Assembly (NCBI RefSeq): GCF_009914755.1
Contig: NC_060939.1
Strand: one strand, 5' to 3'
Length of the DNA: 64,000 nt
Origin: the human T2T-CHM13v2.0 reference genome, Homo sapiens
The notes under the pieces were generated by a model. That model was not told the origin of the DNA. It searched no databases and was given only the letters and a program-made list of their open reading frames with translations. The position numbers and the translations under genes were made by a program. Below are positions 15,001 to 29,645 of the stretch, one piece after another. Numbering within the stretch: position 1 is the stretch's first letter; each line of letters starts with the position of its first letter.

Positions 15001-18000
15001 CCATTCCACTCAATTCCATTCCATTCCATTCCACTCCATTCCACTCCATTTTACTCCAATCCACTCCACACCACTCCACTCCACTGCACTCCTTTCCAGT
15101 CCACTCCACTCCACTCTACTACACTCCATTCCATTCCACTGCCTTCCATTCCATTCCATGCCACTCCATTTCACTCCATTCCACTCCACTCCATTCCATT
15201 CCACTCCAATCCACTTCATTCCACTCCACTCCATTCCACTCCACTCCACTTCATTCCACTCCATTCCATTCCATTCCACTCCATTCCATTCCTTTCCATT
15301 CCATTCATTCCATTCCATTCCATTCCACTCCATTCCACTCCACTCCCTTCCACTCTACTCCATTCCACTCCACTCCACTCCATTCCACTCCATTCCATTT
15401 CACTCCACTCCATTCCATTCCATTCTACACCATTCCATTCCATTCCTTTATTTCAACTGGATCTCACTCTGTCACCCAGTCTGGAGTGCAGTGGCCCAAT
15501 CTTAGCTCACATTTCATTCCACCATTTTATTCCATTCTATTCCATACCTTTTCACTCCATTCCATTCCTCTAGGCTCCACTTCAATACACTTCACTCCAC
15601 TCCACTCCATTCCACTGCACTCCATTTCACTCCACTCCACTCAAATCCATTCCTCTCTACTCCATTCCATTCCACTCAACTCCATTTCACTCCACTCCAT
15701 TCCATTCCTCTCCACCGCATTCCATTCCACTCCATTCCACTCAATTACACTCTACTCCATTGCTGTCCACTCCATTCTACTCAACTCCATTCCTTTCCAT
15801 TCCACTCTGTTCCATTCCATTCTATTCCACTCCATTTCACAACATTCCACTTTACTTCACTCGACTGCACTCCACTGCACTCCATTCCACTTCACTCCAC
15901 TCCACTCCACTCCATTCCATTCCACTCCACTCCATTCCATTCCATTCCATTCCACTTCCCACTCAATTCCATTCCACTCCACTCCACTTCATTCCACTCC
16001 ACTCCATTCCATTTCATTCCACTCCATTCCATTCCATTCCTCTCCTGTCCATTCCGTTCCCCTCCATTCCATTCCACTCCATTCCCCTCCATTCCACCCC
16101 ACTCCACTCCACTCCTCTCCTTTCCATTCCATTCAATTCCACTACATTCCTCTCCACTGCACTCCACTCCATTCCACTCCATTCCATTCCATTATAATCC
16201 ATTCCATTCCATTTCATTCCTTTATTTCAACTGGATCACACTCTGTCACCCTGACTGGAGTGCAGTTCAACAATCTTAGCTCACATTTAATTCAAGCATT
16301 CCATTCCATTCCATTCCATTCCATTCCATTCCATTCCATTCCTCTCTATTCCATTCCATTGCATTCCATTCCATTGCATTCCATTCCATAGCACTAAACT
16401 ACACTCCACTCTACTCCACTCCACTCCATTCCACTCCACTCCATTCTTTTCCACTCCACTGCACTCCACTCCAATCAACTCCACTCTTCTCCACTCCTCT
16501 GCAATCGGCTCCATTCTGTTGCATTCCATTAAGTTCCAATCCATTCCATTGGGTTCCTTTCCATTTCATTCCACTCCATTCCATTCCATTCCATTCTATT
16601 CCACTCCACTTCACTCCGTTCCTCTCCACTAAACTCCACTGCACTCCACTCCTCTCCTCTCTGTTCTTTTCTTTTCCATTCCATTTCATTCCATGCCATT
16701 CCTCTCCGTTCCATTCCACTCCTTCACACTCCATTCCAATCTAGTTCATTCCACTGCACTCCAGTCCATTCCTTTCTATTTCATTCCATTCCTTTCCATT
16801 CCACTGCACTCCGATTCATTCCAGTCAACTTCACTCCACTCCGTTCCATTCCATTCAGTTCTGTTCCTTTCCATTCCACTACATTGAATTCAACTCCACT
16901 CCATTCCACTCCATTCCATTTCAATCCATTCCACTCCATTCCACTCCAGTCAATTCCACTCCATTCCATTCCACGCCATTTCACTCCATTCCACTCCACT
17001 CCTTTCCACTCCACTCAATTCCATTCTATTCCATTCCATTCATTCCATTCGACTCCATTCCACTCCACTCCTTTCTACTCCACTCCATTCCATTCCACTC
17101 CATTCCATTCCACTCCACTCTACCCCACTCCATTCCATTCCATTCCATTCCATTCCATTCCATTCCATTACATTACATTACATTACAATACATTCCACTA
17201 CACTGTAATCCAATCCACTCCACTGCACTCCACTCTACTCCACTCCGCTCTGATCCACTCCATTCCATTCTGTTCCATTCCTTTTCAATCCATTCCATTT
17301 CATTCCATTCCACTACACTTCATTCCATTTCACTCCATTCCATTCCACTCCTTCACACTCCATTCCAATCTAGTTCATTCCACTGCACTCCAGTCCATTC
17401 CTTTCTATTTCATTGCATTCCTTTCCATTCCACTGCACTCCGATTCATTCCAGTCAACTTCATTCCACTCCGTTCCATTCCATTCAGTTCTGTTCCTTTC
17501 CATTCCACTACATTGAATTCAACTCCACTCCATTCCACTCCATTCCATTTCAATCCATTCCACTCCATTCCACTCCAGTCAATTCCACTCCATTCCATTC
17601 CACGCCATTTCACTCCATTCCGCTCCACTCCTTTCCACTCCACTCAATTCCATTCTATTCCATTCCATTCATTCCATTCGACTCCATTCCACTCCACTCC
17701 TTTCTACTCCACTCCATTCCATTCCACTCCATTCCATTCCACTCCACTCTACCCCACTCCATTCCATTCCATTCCATTCCATTCCATTACATTACATTAC
17801 ATTACATTACAATACATTCCACTACACTGTAATCCAATCCACTCCACTGCACTCCACTCTACTCCACTCCGCTCTGATCTGCTCCATTCCATTCCGTTCC
17901 ATTCCTTTTCAATCCATTCCATTTCATTCCATTCCACTACACTTCATTCCATTTCACTCCATTCCACTCCATTCTACTCCACTCCACTCTTCTCCACTCC

Positions 18001-20859
18001 ACTCCATTCCATTCCATTCCTTTCCACTGCACTCCAATCCATTCCACTCAACTCCACTCCACTCTCCTGCATTCCATTCCGCTTCGTTGCCTTCCGTTAC
18101 GTTTTGTTGCTTTCAACTCCATTTCATTCCACCCTAATGCATTCCATTCCACTCTATTTCACTCCATTTCATTCCATTCCATTCCACTCCACTCCACTCT
18201 ATTCCATTCCATTCCACTTCTTTACATTTCGTTGCATTCAACTCCATTCGACTACATTCCACTGCACTCCATTCCACTCCTCTCCACTCCTTTCCACTCC
18301 ATTCCATTCCATTCCACTCCATTCCATTCTATTCCATTCCATTCCATTCTTTTGCATTCCAATTCATTCCATTCCATTCCACTTCACTCCACTCCACTCC
18401 ACTCCATTCCATTCCATTCCACTCTACTCCATTCCCTTCAATTCCATTCCATTCTGTTCCACTGCTCTATGATCCACTAATCTCAACTCCACTCCACTCC
18501 ATTCCACTTAACTCCATTCCATTCCTTTTCGTTCCACTGCACTCAAATCCACTTCACTCAACTCCACTCCCCTTCACTCCACTCCATTCCTCCCCACTCC
18601 ATTTGACTCTATTCCCCTCCATTCCACTCCACTCCACTCCTCTCCACTCCACTAAACTCCATTCCATTCCACTCCTTTACATTCCATTCCACTCAATTTT
18701 ATTCCATTCCATTCCACTTCATTCCACTCCTTTGTACTCCACTCCACTCAATTCCATTGCATTCCATTCCGTTCCTTTCTGTTCCACTCCATTCCATTCC
18801 ACTTCATTGCATTCCACTTCTCTCCATTTCATTCCATTTCACTCCACTCCACTCCACACCTCTCCATTACATTCCACTCGATTCCATTCCATTCCATTCC
18901 ACTCCATTTCAATAATTCCATTCCACTCCATTCCACTCCATTCCAATCCACTCCATTCCCTTCCAATCCATTCCATTCCATCTCACTGCACTCCGATCCA
19001 CTCCACTCAACTCCACTCCACTATAATTCACTCCGTTCCGTTGAGTTCCATTCCATTCCATTCAATTCCACTCCATTCCATTCCATTCCATTCTTTCCAT
19101 TCCATTCCTGTCCACTCCACTCCATTCCACTCCATTCCACTCCATTCCACTCCACTCCACTCCACTCCATTCCATTCCATTCCACTCCACTCCATTCCCT
19201 TCAATTCCATTCCATTCTGTTCCACTGCTATATGATCCACTAATCTCCACTCCACTACACTCAATTCCACTCCACTCCATTCCATTCCATTCCATTCCAC
19301 TGCACTCAAATCCACTTCACTCCACTCCACTCCACTCCATTCCATTCCATTCCACTTTTCTCCATTCCCTTCCATTCCATTCCATTCTGTTCCACTGCTC
19401 TACGATCCACTAATCTCAACTCCACTCCACTCCATTCCACTTCACTCCATTCCATTCCTTTTCATTCCACTGTACTCAAATCCACTTCACTCAACTCCAC
19501 TCCCCTTCACTCCACTCCATTCCTCCCCACTCCATTTCACTCTATTCCACTCCATTCCACTCCACTCCAGTCCTCTCCACTCCACTAAACTCCATTCCAT
19601 TCCACTCCTTTCCATTCCATTCCACTCAATTTTATTCCATTCCATTCCATTTCATTCCACTCCTTTGTACTCCAATCCAGTCCACACCACTCCACTCCAC
19701 TGCATTCCATTCCAGTCCCCTCCACTCCACTCTACTGCACTCCATTCCTTTCCACTGCCTTCCATTGCATTCCACTCCAATCCTTTTCACTCCATTCCAC
19801 TGCACTCCAATCCATTCCACTCCATTCCATTCAATTCCTTTCCATTCCACTCCAGTCCATTCCACTCCACTCCATTCCATTCCACTCCACTCCATTCCAC
19901 TTTGCTCCATTCCACTCCATTCCATTCCATTCCACTCCCTTTCATTCCATTCCATTCCATCCCCCTCCACTGCACTACACTCAATCCCATTCCATTCCAT
20001 CCCATTCCATTCCACTGCACTCCTATCCACTCCACTCAACTTCTCTCCTCTCCACTGCAGTCCACTCCTTTCCATTCCATTCTTTTCCGTTCCGTACCAT
20101 TCTGTTCCATTCCCCTCCAATCCATTCCTTTCCACTCTATTTCACTCCCTTACACTCCACTCCCCTCCGCTCCACTGTACTCCACCCCACTCCACTCCAC
20201 TCCATTCCATTTCACTCCATTCCATTCCACTCCATTCCACTAAATTCTACTCCATTCCACTCGACTCTATTGCACTCCACTCCATTCCACTGCATTCCAC
20301 TACATTCCATTCCATTCCACTCCGTTCCCCTCCATTCCACTCCTCTCCATTCCACTCAACTCCATTCCACTTCACTCCACTCCATACAACTCCATTCCAT
20401 TCCACTCCATTCCATTCCACTCCATATTATTCCATTCAATTTCACTCCATTTCTCTCCACTCCACTCCACTCTACTTCACTCCACTGCACTCCCCTTCAC
20501 TCCATTCTATTCCACTCCACTCCACTCCATTCCATTCCAGTCCACTCCTCTGCACTCCATTCCATACCACTCCATACCATTCCACTCCATTCAATTCCAG
20601 TCCAATCCGTTCCACTCCACTGCATTCTACTCCTTTCCACTTCATTCCATTCTACTCCATTCTATTCCATTCTAAACCATTCCATTCTATTTCACTCCTG
20701 TCCTTTCCATTTCACTCCAGTCCATTCCACTCCACTCCATTCAATTCCACTCCACTATACTCCATTCCATTCCAGTCCACTCCTCTGCACTCCGTTCCAT
20801 TCCACTCAATACCTTTCCACTCCATTCAATTCCAGTCCAATGCATTCCACTCCACTCCA
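1..20859. repeat. HSat3-like classical satellite, diverged (CATTC)n with abundant CACTC variants; runs off the left edge
   Basis: Continuous 5-bp periodicity (CATTC/CACTC) on the + strand. All ORFs here are HSIPF/MEWNG repeat artefacts. Confidence 0.96.
5068..16284 (-). repeat. Ten 64-bp Alu 3'-end-derived cassettes embedded in the satellite (5068, 5280, 5628, 5811, 7400, 9030, 9252, 10945, 15447, 16221)
   Basis: Each reads approx. TTTATT..ACTGGATCTC.CT.TGT.ACCCAGACTGGAGTGCAGTGGCACAATCTTAGCTCAC, the antisense of the Alu right-arm end, with the same length and junctions. Confidence 0.88.
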
Positions 20860-21156
20860 GGTGGGTGCAATTGCTCACACCTGTCATCACAGCACTTTGG
20901 GAGGCCAAGGTGGGCAGATCACCTGAGGTGGCCAGTTCGAGACCCCTCTGACCCACATAGAGAAATGCCATCTCTACTAACAATACAAAATCAACCGGGT
21001 GTGGTGGCACATGCCTGTAATCCCAGCTACTCAGGAGGCTGAGGCAGGAGAATCGCTTGAACACGGGATGTGGAGGTTGCGGTGAGCCGTGATGGTGCCA
21101 TTGCACTCCAGCATGGGCAACAAGAGTAAAACTCCATCCCATTAAAAAAAAATAAA
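20860..21156 (+). mobile_element. AluS element at the satellite/rDNA-spacer junction
   Basis: GCTCACACCTGTCATCACAGCACTTTGGGAGGCC through the right arm and A-tail. Confidence 0.93.
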
Positions 21157-21253
21157 CTCTGTATTCTGTTATTTTTACTTCCTACCCTGAGAAGAACATA
21201 ACACAGCTGTTGTCTGCCTGCCTGCCTGCCTGACTGCTTGCCTGCCTGCCTGT

Positions 21254-21420
21254 GACAGGGCCTCACTCTGTCTTTCACCCAGACTTCAGTGCAGTGACAC
21301 CATTATGGCTCACTCACTGCAGCCTCAACCTCCCCAGGGTTAGGCGATTCCTCAAGGGATCCTACGGCCTCGGCCTCCCAAAGTGTTGGGGTTACAGGCA
21401 TGAGCCACGAGCACCCGGCC
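21254..21420 (-). mobile_element. Alu monomer/AluJ-like fragment next to a (CCTG)n tract
   Basis: CTCACTCTGTC...CCTCGGCCTCCCAAAGTGTTGGGGTTACAGGCATGAGCCAC. Confidence 0.8.
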
Positions 21421-21987
21421 TGAGTTAATACATCTGGTCTCACTACGTCTTAACCACACACCCATGAAGAACTCAAGTCAAGAGAGAGTCGGTAAGAGAC
21501 TCTCAGCATTCTCTCCCGAAAGAAGTGAGGTGGATGACAGCCGTGTGTCCCGAGCTCCTGGGGTTTTAGGTGACCATGCATAGAGGAGAGATTTCCAATG
21601 TTTCCAGAGAGGCATGAGCCACAGTCATTGGGGCATCCAGCACGAGATGGGGTTTCTGAGAGTGGCTTAAGGGCTAGGAAGGTCCAGAATCTGCCAAGGC
21701 TCGTGTTCCAGTGTGGGGCCGATGGAACCCAAAGTAGAGGGAGTCAGCGGTCCTCACAGAGAGAGCTCCAGCCCTAGGCCCTACTGTGCAGACCGAATCA
21801 GAAGGAAGAGAGTCCTTCGTCCTACATGCCACATCCCTGCACTGAACTTGGGAGCAGATCCGTTTTCCAAACATGAGGTGACTCTCGCTTTGCAATGGAT
21901 CACAAGGGGCCGGGCTTTCCAGAGTCGGCAGGGTAAAGAAGTCATTCTGGCTCGGCCTTCTCCATCCCCGGGTAACTGGTGAGTTTA

Positions 21988-23268
<1,281 letters not shown>

Positions 23269-23303
23269 TGAGGCACTGCAGAAAGTGGGTCTGAACCTCG
23301 AGG

Positions 23304-25212
23304 ATGACGGTGCTGCAGGAAACCATCCAGGCTGCTATATGGCAAGTACTAAACCACTATGCTTACCGAGATGGGGTTTTCCTTGCCGAACGCCTTTATG
23401 CAGAAGTACACTCAGAAGAAGCCTTGTTTTTACTGGCGATCTGTTCTTGCCGCCCAGGAAAGGCCTATAAAGCATATAGACTCTTGAAAGGACACAGTTG
23501 TCCTACACCGCAATGCAAATACCTGCTTGCAAAATGTTGTGTTGATCTCAGCAAGTTTGCAGAAGGGGAACAAATCTTATCTGGTGGAGTGTTTAGTAAG
23601 TAGAAAAGCCATGATGATATTGTTACTGATTTTGGTGATTCAGCTTGCTTTCCCCTTCCATTGTTGGGAAATGTATATTGCAAGACAGATTGGCTTGCCA
23701 AAGGATCAGAATGTTACCAAAAGAGTCTTAGTTTAAATCCTTTCTTCTGGTATCCCTTTGAATCATTACGTGAAATAGGTGAAATCCAGATCCTGACCAA
23801 TCATTTAAATTCACGTCTTTACAGAACTTTAGCAACTGTCTGCCCAACTCTTGCACAACACAAATACCTAATCATAGCTTATGTCACAGACAGCCTGAGA
23901 CCGTTCTTATGGAAACACCCCAGGACACAACTGAATTAAACAGATTGAATTTAGAATCTTCAAATTCAAAATATTCCTTGAATACAGATTCCCCAGTGTC
24001 TTCAATTGATTCAGCTGTAATTTCACCTGATACTGTACCACTGGGAACAGGAACTACCATATTATCTAAACAAGTTCAAAATAAACCAAAAACTGGTCGA
24101 AGTTTATTAGGAGGACCAGCAGCTCTTAGTCCATTCACCCCAAGCTTTGGGATTTTGCCATTAGAAACCCCAAGTCCCGGAGATGGATCCTATTTACAAA
24201 ACTACACTAATACACCTTCTGAAATTGATGTGCCATCCACCGGAGCCCCTTCAAAAAAGTCTGTTGCCAGAATTGGCCAAACTGGAGCAAAGTCTGTCTT
24301 CTCACAGAGTGGAAATATCAGAGAGGTAACTCCAATTCTTGCACAAACAGAAAGTACTGGTCCATAAATAAGTACAACACCTCAGGTATTGAGCCCCACT
24401 ATGACATCTCCCCCAAATGCACTGCATCGAAGAAGTTCACTACTCTTGACTAGTGACAGTTCCACAACCAAGAATAGGAAGAAATTAAAAATGAAGTTTC
24501 CACCTAAAATCCCAAACAGAAAAACAAAAAGTAAAACTAATCAAGGAGGAATAACTCAACCTAACATAAATGATAGCCTGGAAATTACAAAATTGGACTA
24601 TTTCATCATTTCAGAAGGGAAAATATCCACAATCACACCTCAGATTCAGGCTTTTAATCTACAAAAAGCAGCAGCAGAAGACTTGATGAGCCTTCTTTGT
24701 TAAAAGGGGAAAGGTTATTTAGCTTTGTGTTCATACCAATGCAAAGAAGCTATAAATATTTTGAGCCATTTACCTTCTCACCACTACAATACTGGTTAGG
24801 TACTGTGCCAAATTGGAAGGATCTATTTTGAACTTTCAGAGTACAAGCAAGCTGAAAGAATATTCTCAGAGGTTAGAAGGATTGAGAGTTACAGAGTCGA
24901 AGGCATGGAAATCTACTCTACAACACTTTGGCATCTTCAAAAAGATGTTGCTCTTTCGGTTCTGTCAAAAGATTTAACAGACATGGATAAAAATTCGCCA
25001 GAGGCCTGGTGTGCCGCAGGGAACTGTTTCAGTTTGTATTGGGAACACGATATTGTAATTAAATTCTTCCAGAGAGCTATCCAAGTGGATCCAAATTATG
25101 CTTATGCCTATACTCTATTAGGGCGAGAGTTTGTCTTAACTGAAGAATTGGACAAAGCATTAGCTTGTTTTTGAAATGCTATCAGAGTCAATCATAGACA
25201 TTGTAATGCACG
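23304..25212 (+). pseudogene. CDC27: CDC27 (APC3) processed pseudogene, coding-derived part (~codons 1-638), with stops and a frameshift
   Basis: Intronless ORF fragments MTVLQETIQAAIWQVLNHYAYRD..., ...LNRLNLESSNSKYSLN..., ...KMKFPPKIPNRKTKSK..., MEIYSTTLWHLQKDVALSVLSKDLTDMDKNSPEAW... Stops at 23601, 24365, 24701 and 25172. Confidence 0.96.
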
Positions 25213-25901
25213 GTAAGTGGTAATGAAGTATAAAGAGAAAGTCTTGTTGATGGTGCTGGTAGTCACTAATTTTTCTTGTTAGATAGCTCTTTATTGTCAT
25301 GAATTTCATTACTAATACTTAGGGATGGTACATACTGGTCAATAACTTCAAACTAACATGTTTTCTTATGAAATGTATGTCTTTAACAAACTCTTCAGTT
25401 AACTAATGATAATAGAATACCAGATCCTTATACTCAACAGTTTCAGTCTTCTACCCAAGTTTTGCAGATACTCTAGTTGTGTTTTGTTTGTTTGTTTGCT
25501 TGTTTAGTTTTGTTACTTGATTTGTTACTTTTTCTTCGAACAGAGAAATGGTGATTGGGACAAAAAGTGCTTGGGAAATTGGAAAGGAATAGCATAATTC
25601 ACTTATTGGATAATAGAAAAAAACACTGAAAAAATTCACTAGTAGCTGCTTTTTGACAGTGTTCCAGTTTATTGAGTTACTATTAAGAACTTAGTGTACC
25701 CTTTTATTTAGCAGTATCTCTGTTATACTTTTTGGTACTTGTGTATAAGTAGACACATAGGAAATTACTACCCAGGTCATATTGTTATCAACTGAATAAC
25801 ATATGAAAAAGTTTGGTCCTACATCTGCCTCAACACCATACTTACTGTTGACATTTATTGTATTTTTCTGGACTGACTTAAAAGTTTAAATATCAAGAGA
25901 A

Positions 25902-26234
25902 GGCCAGGCACGGGGGCTCATGCCTCATCCCAGCACTTTGGGAAGCCGAGGCAAGTGGATCACAAGGTCAAGAGATCAAGACCATCCTGGCCAACATGGT
26001 GAAACCCCGTCTCTATTAAAAGTATACAAATTAGCTGGGCATGGTGGCGGGTGCCTGTAGTCCCAGCTACTCAGGAGGATGAGGCAGGAGAATCGCTTGA
26101 ACCTGGGAAGTGGAGGTGGCAGTGAGCCAAGATTATACCATTGCACTCCAGCGTGGGCGACAGAGCGAGACGCCGTCTCAAGAAAAAAATAAAACAAAAT
26201 AAAATAAAATAAATAAAATAAAATAAAATAAAAT
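25902..26234 (+). mobile_element. AluS (Sc-like) within the CDC27 intron-like tail
   Basis: Full dimer, (AAAAT)n tail, TSD AAATATCAAGAGAA at 25888-25901 and 26235-26248. Confidence 0.94.
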
Positions 26235-26906
26235 AAATATCAAGAGAAACTATAATTCTGAAGTCATAACTCTGTGGAAGCTTTTTTGTCAGATATGGTT
26301 ATCTTTGGGGTTAATCATTATAGCAGCTGAGTTTTAACACTTGATTTGCTTCTAAATCTGAAGCATTACATTACTAAAACATTTTTTGATTTGTGAATAC
26401 GTTGTTTAATGGATTATATCTCAATTTGCAGTAGTAGTTGCAGTGCCTGAAAGATTGCCAAAAAAATAGTGCTAGTTTCTGCTGACAAATGTAATAATCA
26501 ACTTGCCAATATTGCCTTCTCTTCCGATAGCTATGTTCTCCGTAATATTTTAAGAATTCAGTTCTTCATAAGACTTGTGTTGTTTTTTATTTTTTCCCAA
26601 GTCTTGTTGATCCTTGTGTTGTTCTTTTTTAAATGTATATTGTCTGTTCAGCTATTCTGCAGGAGTCGCATTCTTAAAAATATCAAAAATGGTGTTTAAA
26701 GGAGGATTATTCAGATTGGCCAGCTTTTACTAGGAGGAGTTTAAATGCTGACCTATTTAGGTAACTCTAAATACTGAGTAACTTTATTCTAACTAACTAC
26801 AAAATAGATAGTCTTTCTTTTGTTTTCACTTTCACTATCATTAGCAGCTTGTTTAATACCATTTCTTCATCTATAACACAATTATAAAGATATACATAGC
26901 CACTCA

Positions 26907-26912
26907 AATAAA
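26907..26912 (+). promoter_or_regulatory. Polyadenylation signal of the retrotransposed CDC27 transcript
   Basis: AATAAA 18 nt upstream of the A-tract that precedes the 3' TSD. Confidence 0.75.
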
Positions 26913-27027
26913 GCAGATATATTGTGCTTTAAAAAAAAAGAAAAGAAAAAAAGAGAAGTCATTATGTGGCACACAATGAGGTGTGACTCGAATCTAGAAT
27001 CTCCAGTGAAAACCAGTGAAACAGGGT

Positions 27028-27227
<200 letters not shown>

Positions 27228-28469
27228 TCAGGCTCAGGTCTCTTGACAGGATACATCCAGCACCCGGGGAAACATCGAGGGGTGGGGTGGAATCTATTTT
27301 GTGGCCTGAAGGAAGAGTTTGACAGATAGTCCCGCGAACGTGACGGCCTAAGGGAGCCCCCAGCCCAAGAAGCGATATTCATTTGTATCCTGTAGCCACC
27401 CACAAGGGAGAATCGGGCTCTCTACAGAGCCCCCAACCCCCACCCCAACCTACCACCACCCACCCCGCCTCGTGAAATGAGCTCTCGCTCCGGCAGGCTC
27501 TATTCATGCCGTGTGGTTTTGTAACCTCCAGCGTGTGTGCGTGGGTTGCGGGGTGGGTTGGGGGCGGCTGTGGACAGAGGAGCGGATAAAGCAGCGGTGT
27601 ACCATGGGTGCCCGGGACGTGGGACGTGAGTGTGGTGGCCAGAGCCTAGGGAACTCATCGCCTGTCAGGACGTCTCCCCTTCTGGTGCCCTCTCTGACCT
27701 ATGCTCTACATCTTCGCAGTTCAGTGGAGACCTTGTGGGTGGAAGTCGCCATCTCTTTGGACTTTAGCTGAGGAAGGCCGGGTTCCCAAGAGTCTCCCGG
27801 GAGTCAGGGACTTGGGCAGGCTCACAAGGATGCTGACGGTGATGGTGACAGTGATGTAATTTGGCGGACTCAGGCCAATGCAGAGGTATCCATTTGACCT
27901 CGGTGGGACAGGTCAGCTTTGCGGACTCCCTTGCTTCCTTCCAGAGACTCATCCAGCTCTAGCAAGCATGGTCCCGAGGATCCCAGCTCTCAGCAGAGGC
28001 ACTTTTGTTCACACAGAATCCTGGGCAGGAAAGTTCTCAGCAGGTTTAGACCTCCTAGCCAAAAACCCAAAGCCACTTCTGGGATTTTTTTGAAAGTGCC
28101 AGTGGTTCCACAATGGGTTGTGGGTAGTTGTGGAAATGGAGAGAAGTGTTTGCAGATACATATTTGAGATAAAACGGACACGGCTCGGTCACAGATCATG
28201 AAGGACACGAGCAGAGGCACATTAAGAAAACCCTCCCAGCATCCTAGGTGAACAGAGGTATGATTTTTTGAGACAGTCGAGGGAGACGCAACCCCAGATT
28301 TTAGGGTTGGATCTTTATTAATATGTAGTATCTATGAGGTATCCAAGTCCAGAAATCAACTCGCCAGTTCTGTATAGCATTCTGTAGGGAGATCAAATCT
28401 GAGATGTCTAAAGTTAAGAATTCAGGCCATGGTAATGGATTAGATTAGATGTACTTGAATTTATTTTGC

Positions 28470-29355
28470 AGGGAAAGAGAGGGCGGGAGATAGCGAGAGC
28501 CAGAGAGCGAGAGAGAGAGAGACAGAGACAGAGACAGACAGAGACAGAGACAGAGACAGACAGAGAGACACAAAGATACACAAAGAGAGAAAGACAGAAA
28601 GAGAGAGAGAGAAACAGACAGATAAAGACACAGAGAAAGACAGAGATGGACAGAGACAGAGAGAAACAGAAAGAGAGACAGACAGAGAGAGAGAGACAGA
28701 CCGACAGGCAGACAGACAGGAAGAGAAAAAGTAAGAAAGAAGGCAGACACACACACACACACACACACACAGAGACAGAGACAGATGGAGAGACAGAGAG
28801 AAAGAAAGAGAGAGACAGACAGAGGGAAAGAGACAGAGAGAGAAAGAGACAGACAGAGGGAGAGAGAAACAGACAGAGAGAGACAGACAGAGACAGAGAG
28901 AGAGAGAAACAGACAAGGAGAGAGAGAGACAGACAGAGAGACAGGCAGAGAAAGACATAGAGAGAGAGAGACAGGCACAGAGAGAGAGAAAGAGCGACAG
29001 AGACAGAGAAACAGACAGGTAAATAGAGAGACAGAAAAAAAATAAAGACAGACAGGGAGAGAGAGAGACAGACAGAGAGACAGGGAGAGAGAGAGACCGA
29101 CAGACAGACAGACAGGCAGAGAAAGAGAATAAGACAGAAGACAGACACAGTGAGAGAGACAGAGAGAGAGAGAGAGACAGCAAGACAGAGAAAGAAAGAG
29201 AGATACAGACAGACAAAGAGACAGACAGGGAAAGATGGAGATGGACAGAGAGAGACAGAGAGAAACAAAGAGAGAGAGACAGAGAGAGAGAAAGAGAGAG
29301 AGACAGACAGGCAGAGAAAGAAAGACAGAAGACAGACACAGTGACAGAGACAGGC

Positions 29356-29390
<35 letters not shown>

Positions 29391-29645
29391 AAGACAGAGA
29401 CGGACAGAGAGAAACAGAGAGAGAGACAGAGACAGAGAGAAACAGACAGACAGGGAGAGAGAGAGACAGACAAACAGTCAGAGAGAGAGAGAGACAGGCA
29501 GAGTAAGAGTAAGACAGAAGACAGACACAGTGAGAGAGACAGGCAGAGAGAGAGAGAAACAGACAGACAGGCAGAGAGAGAGAGACAGAGAGAGAGAAGA
29601 TAGAGAAAGAGAGAGACAGAGACAGACAGAGAGAGGAGGAGGAAG
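28470..29645 (-). repeat. IGS pyrimidine-rich (CT/CTGT)n tract, homologous in position to the IGS28/PNCTR region
   Basis: ~1.2 kb of (GA)n/(GACA)n on the + strand with a recurring GGCAGAGAAAGAGAGTAAGACAGAAGACAGACACAGTGAGAGA unit. Confidence 0.9.

Noticed and set aside
5068-16284. Recurring 64-bp cassette as a CRISPR-like repeat/spacer array
   Set aside because: Primate DNA, the cassette is Alu-derived, spacing is irregular, intervening DNA is satellite, and there are no cas genes.
134-21042. Very long ORFs (up to 1062 aa) rich in HSIPF or MEWNG
   Set aside because: Automatic result of stop-free pentamer repeats. They occur in all frames and have no coding complexity.
23304-25212. Functional CDC27 gene
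   Set aside because: No introns, several premature stops, a frameshift, TSD and poly(A).
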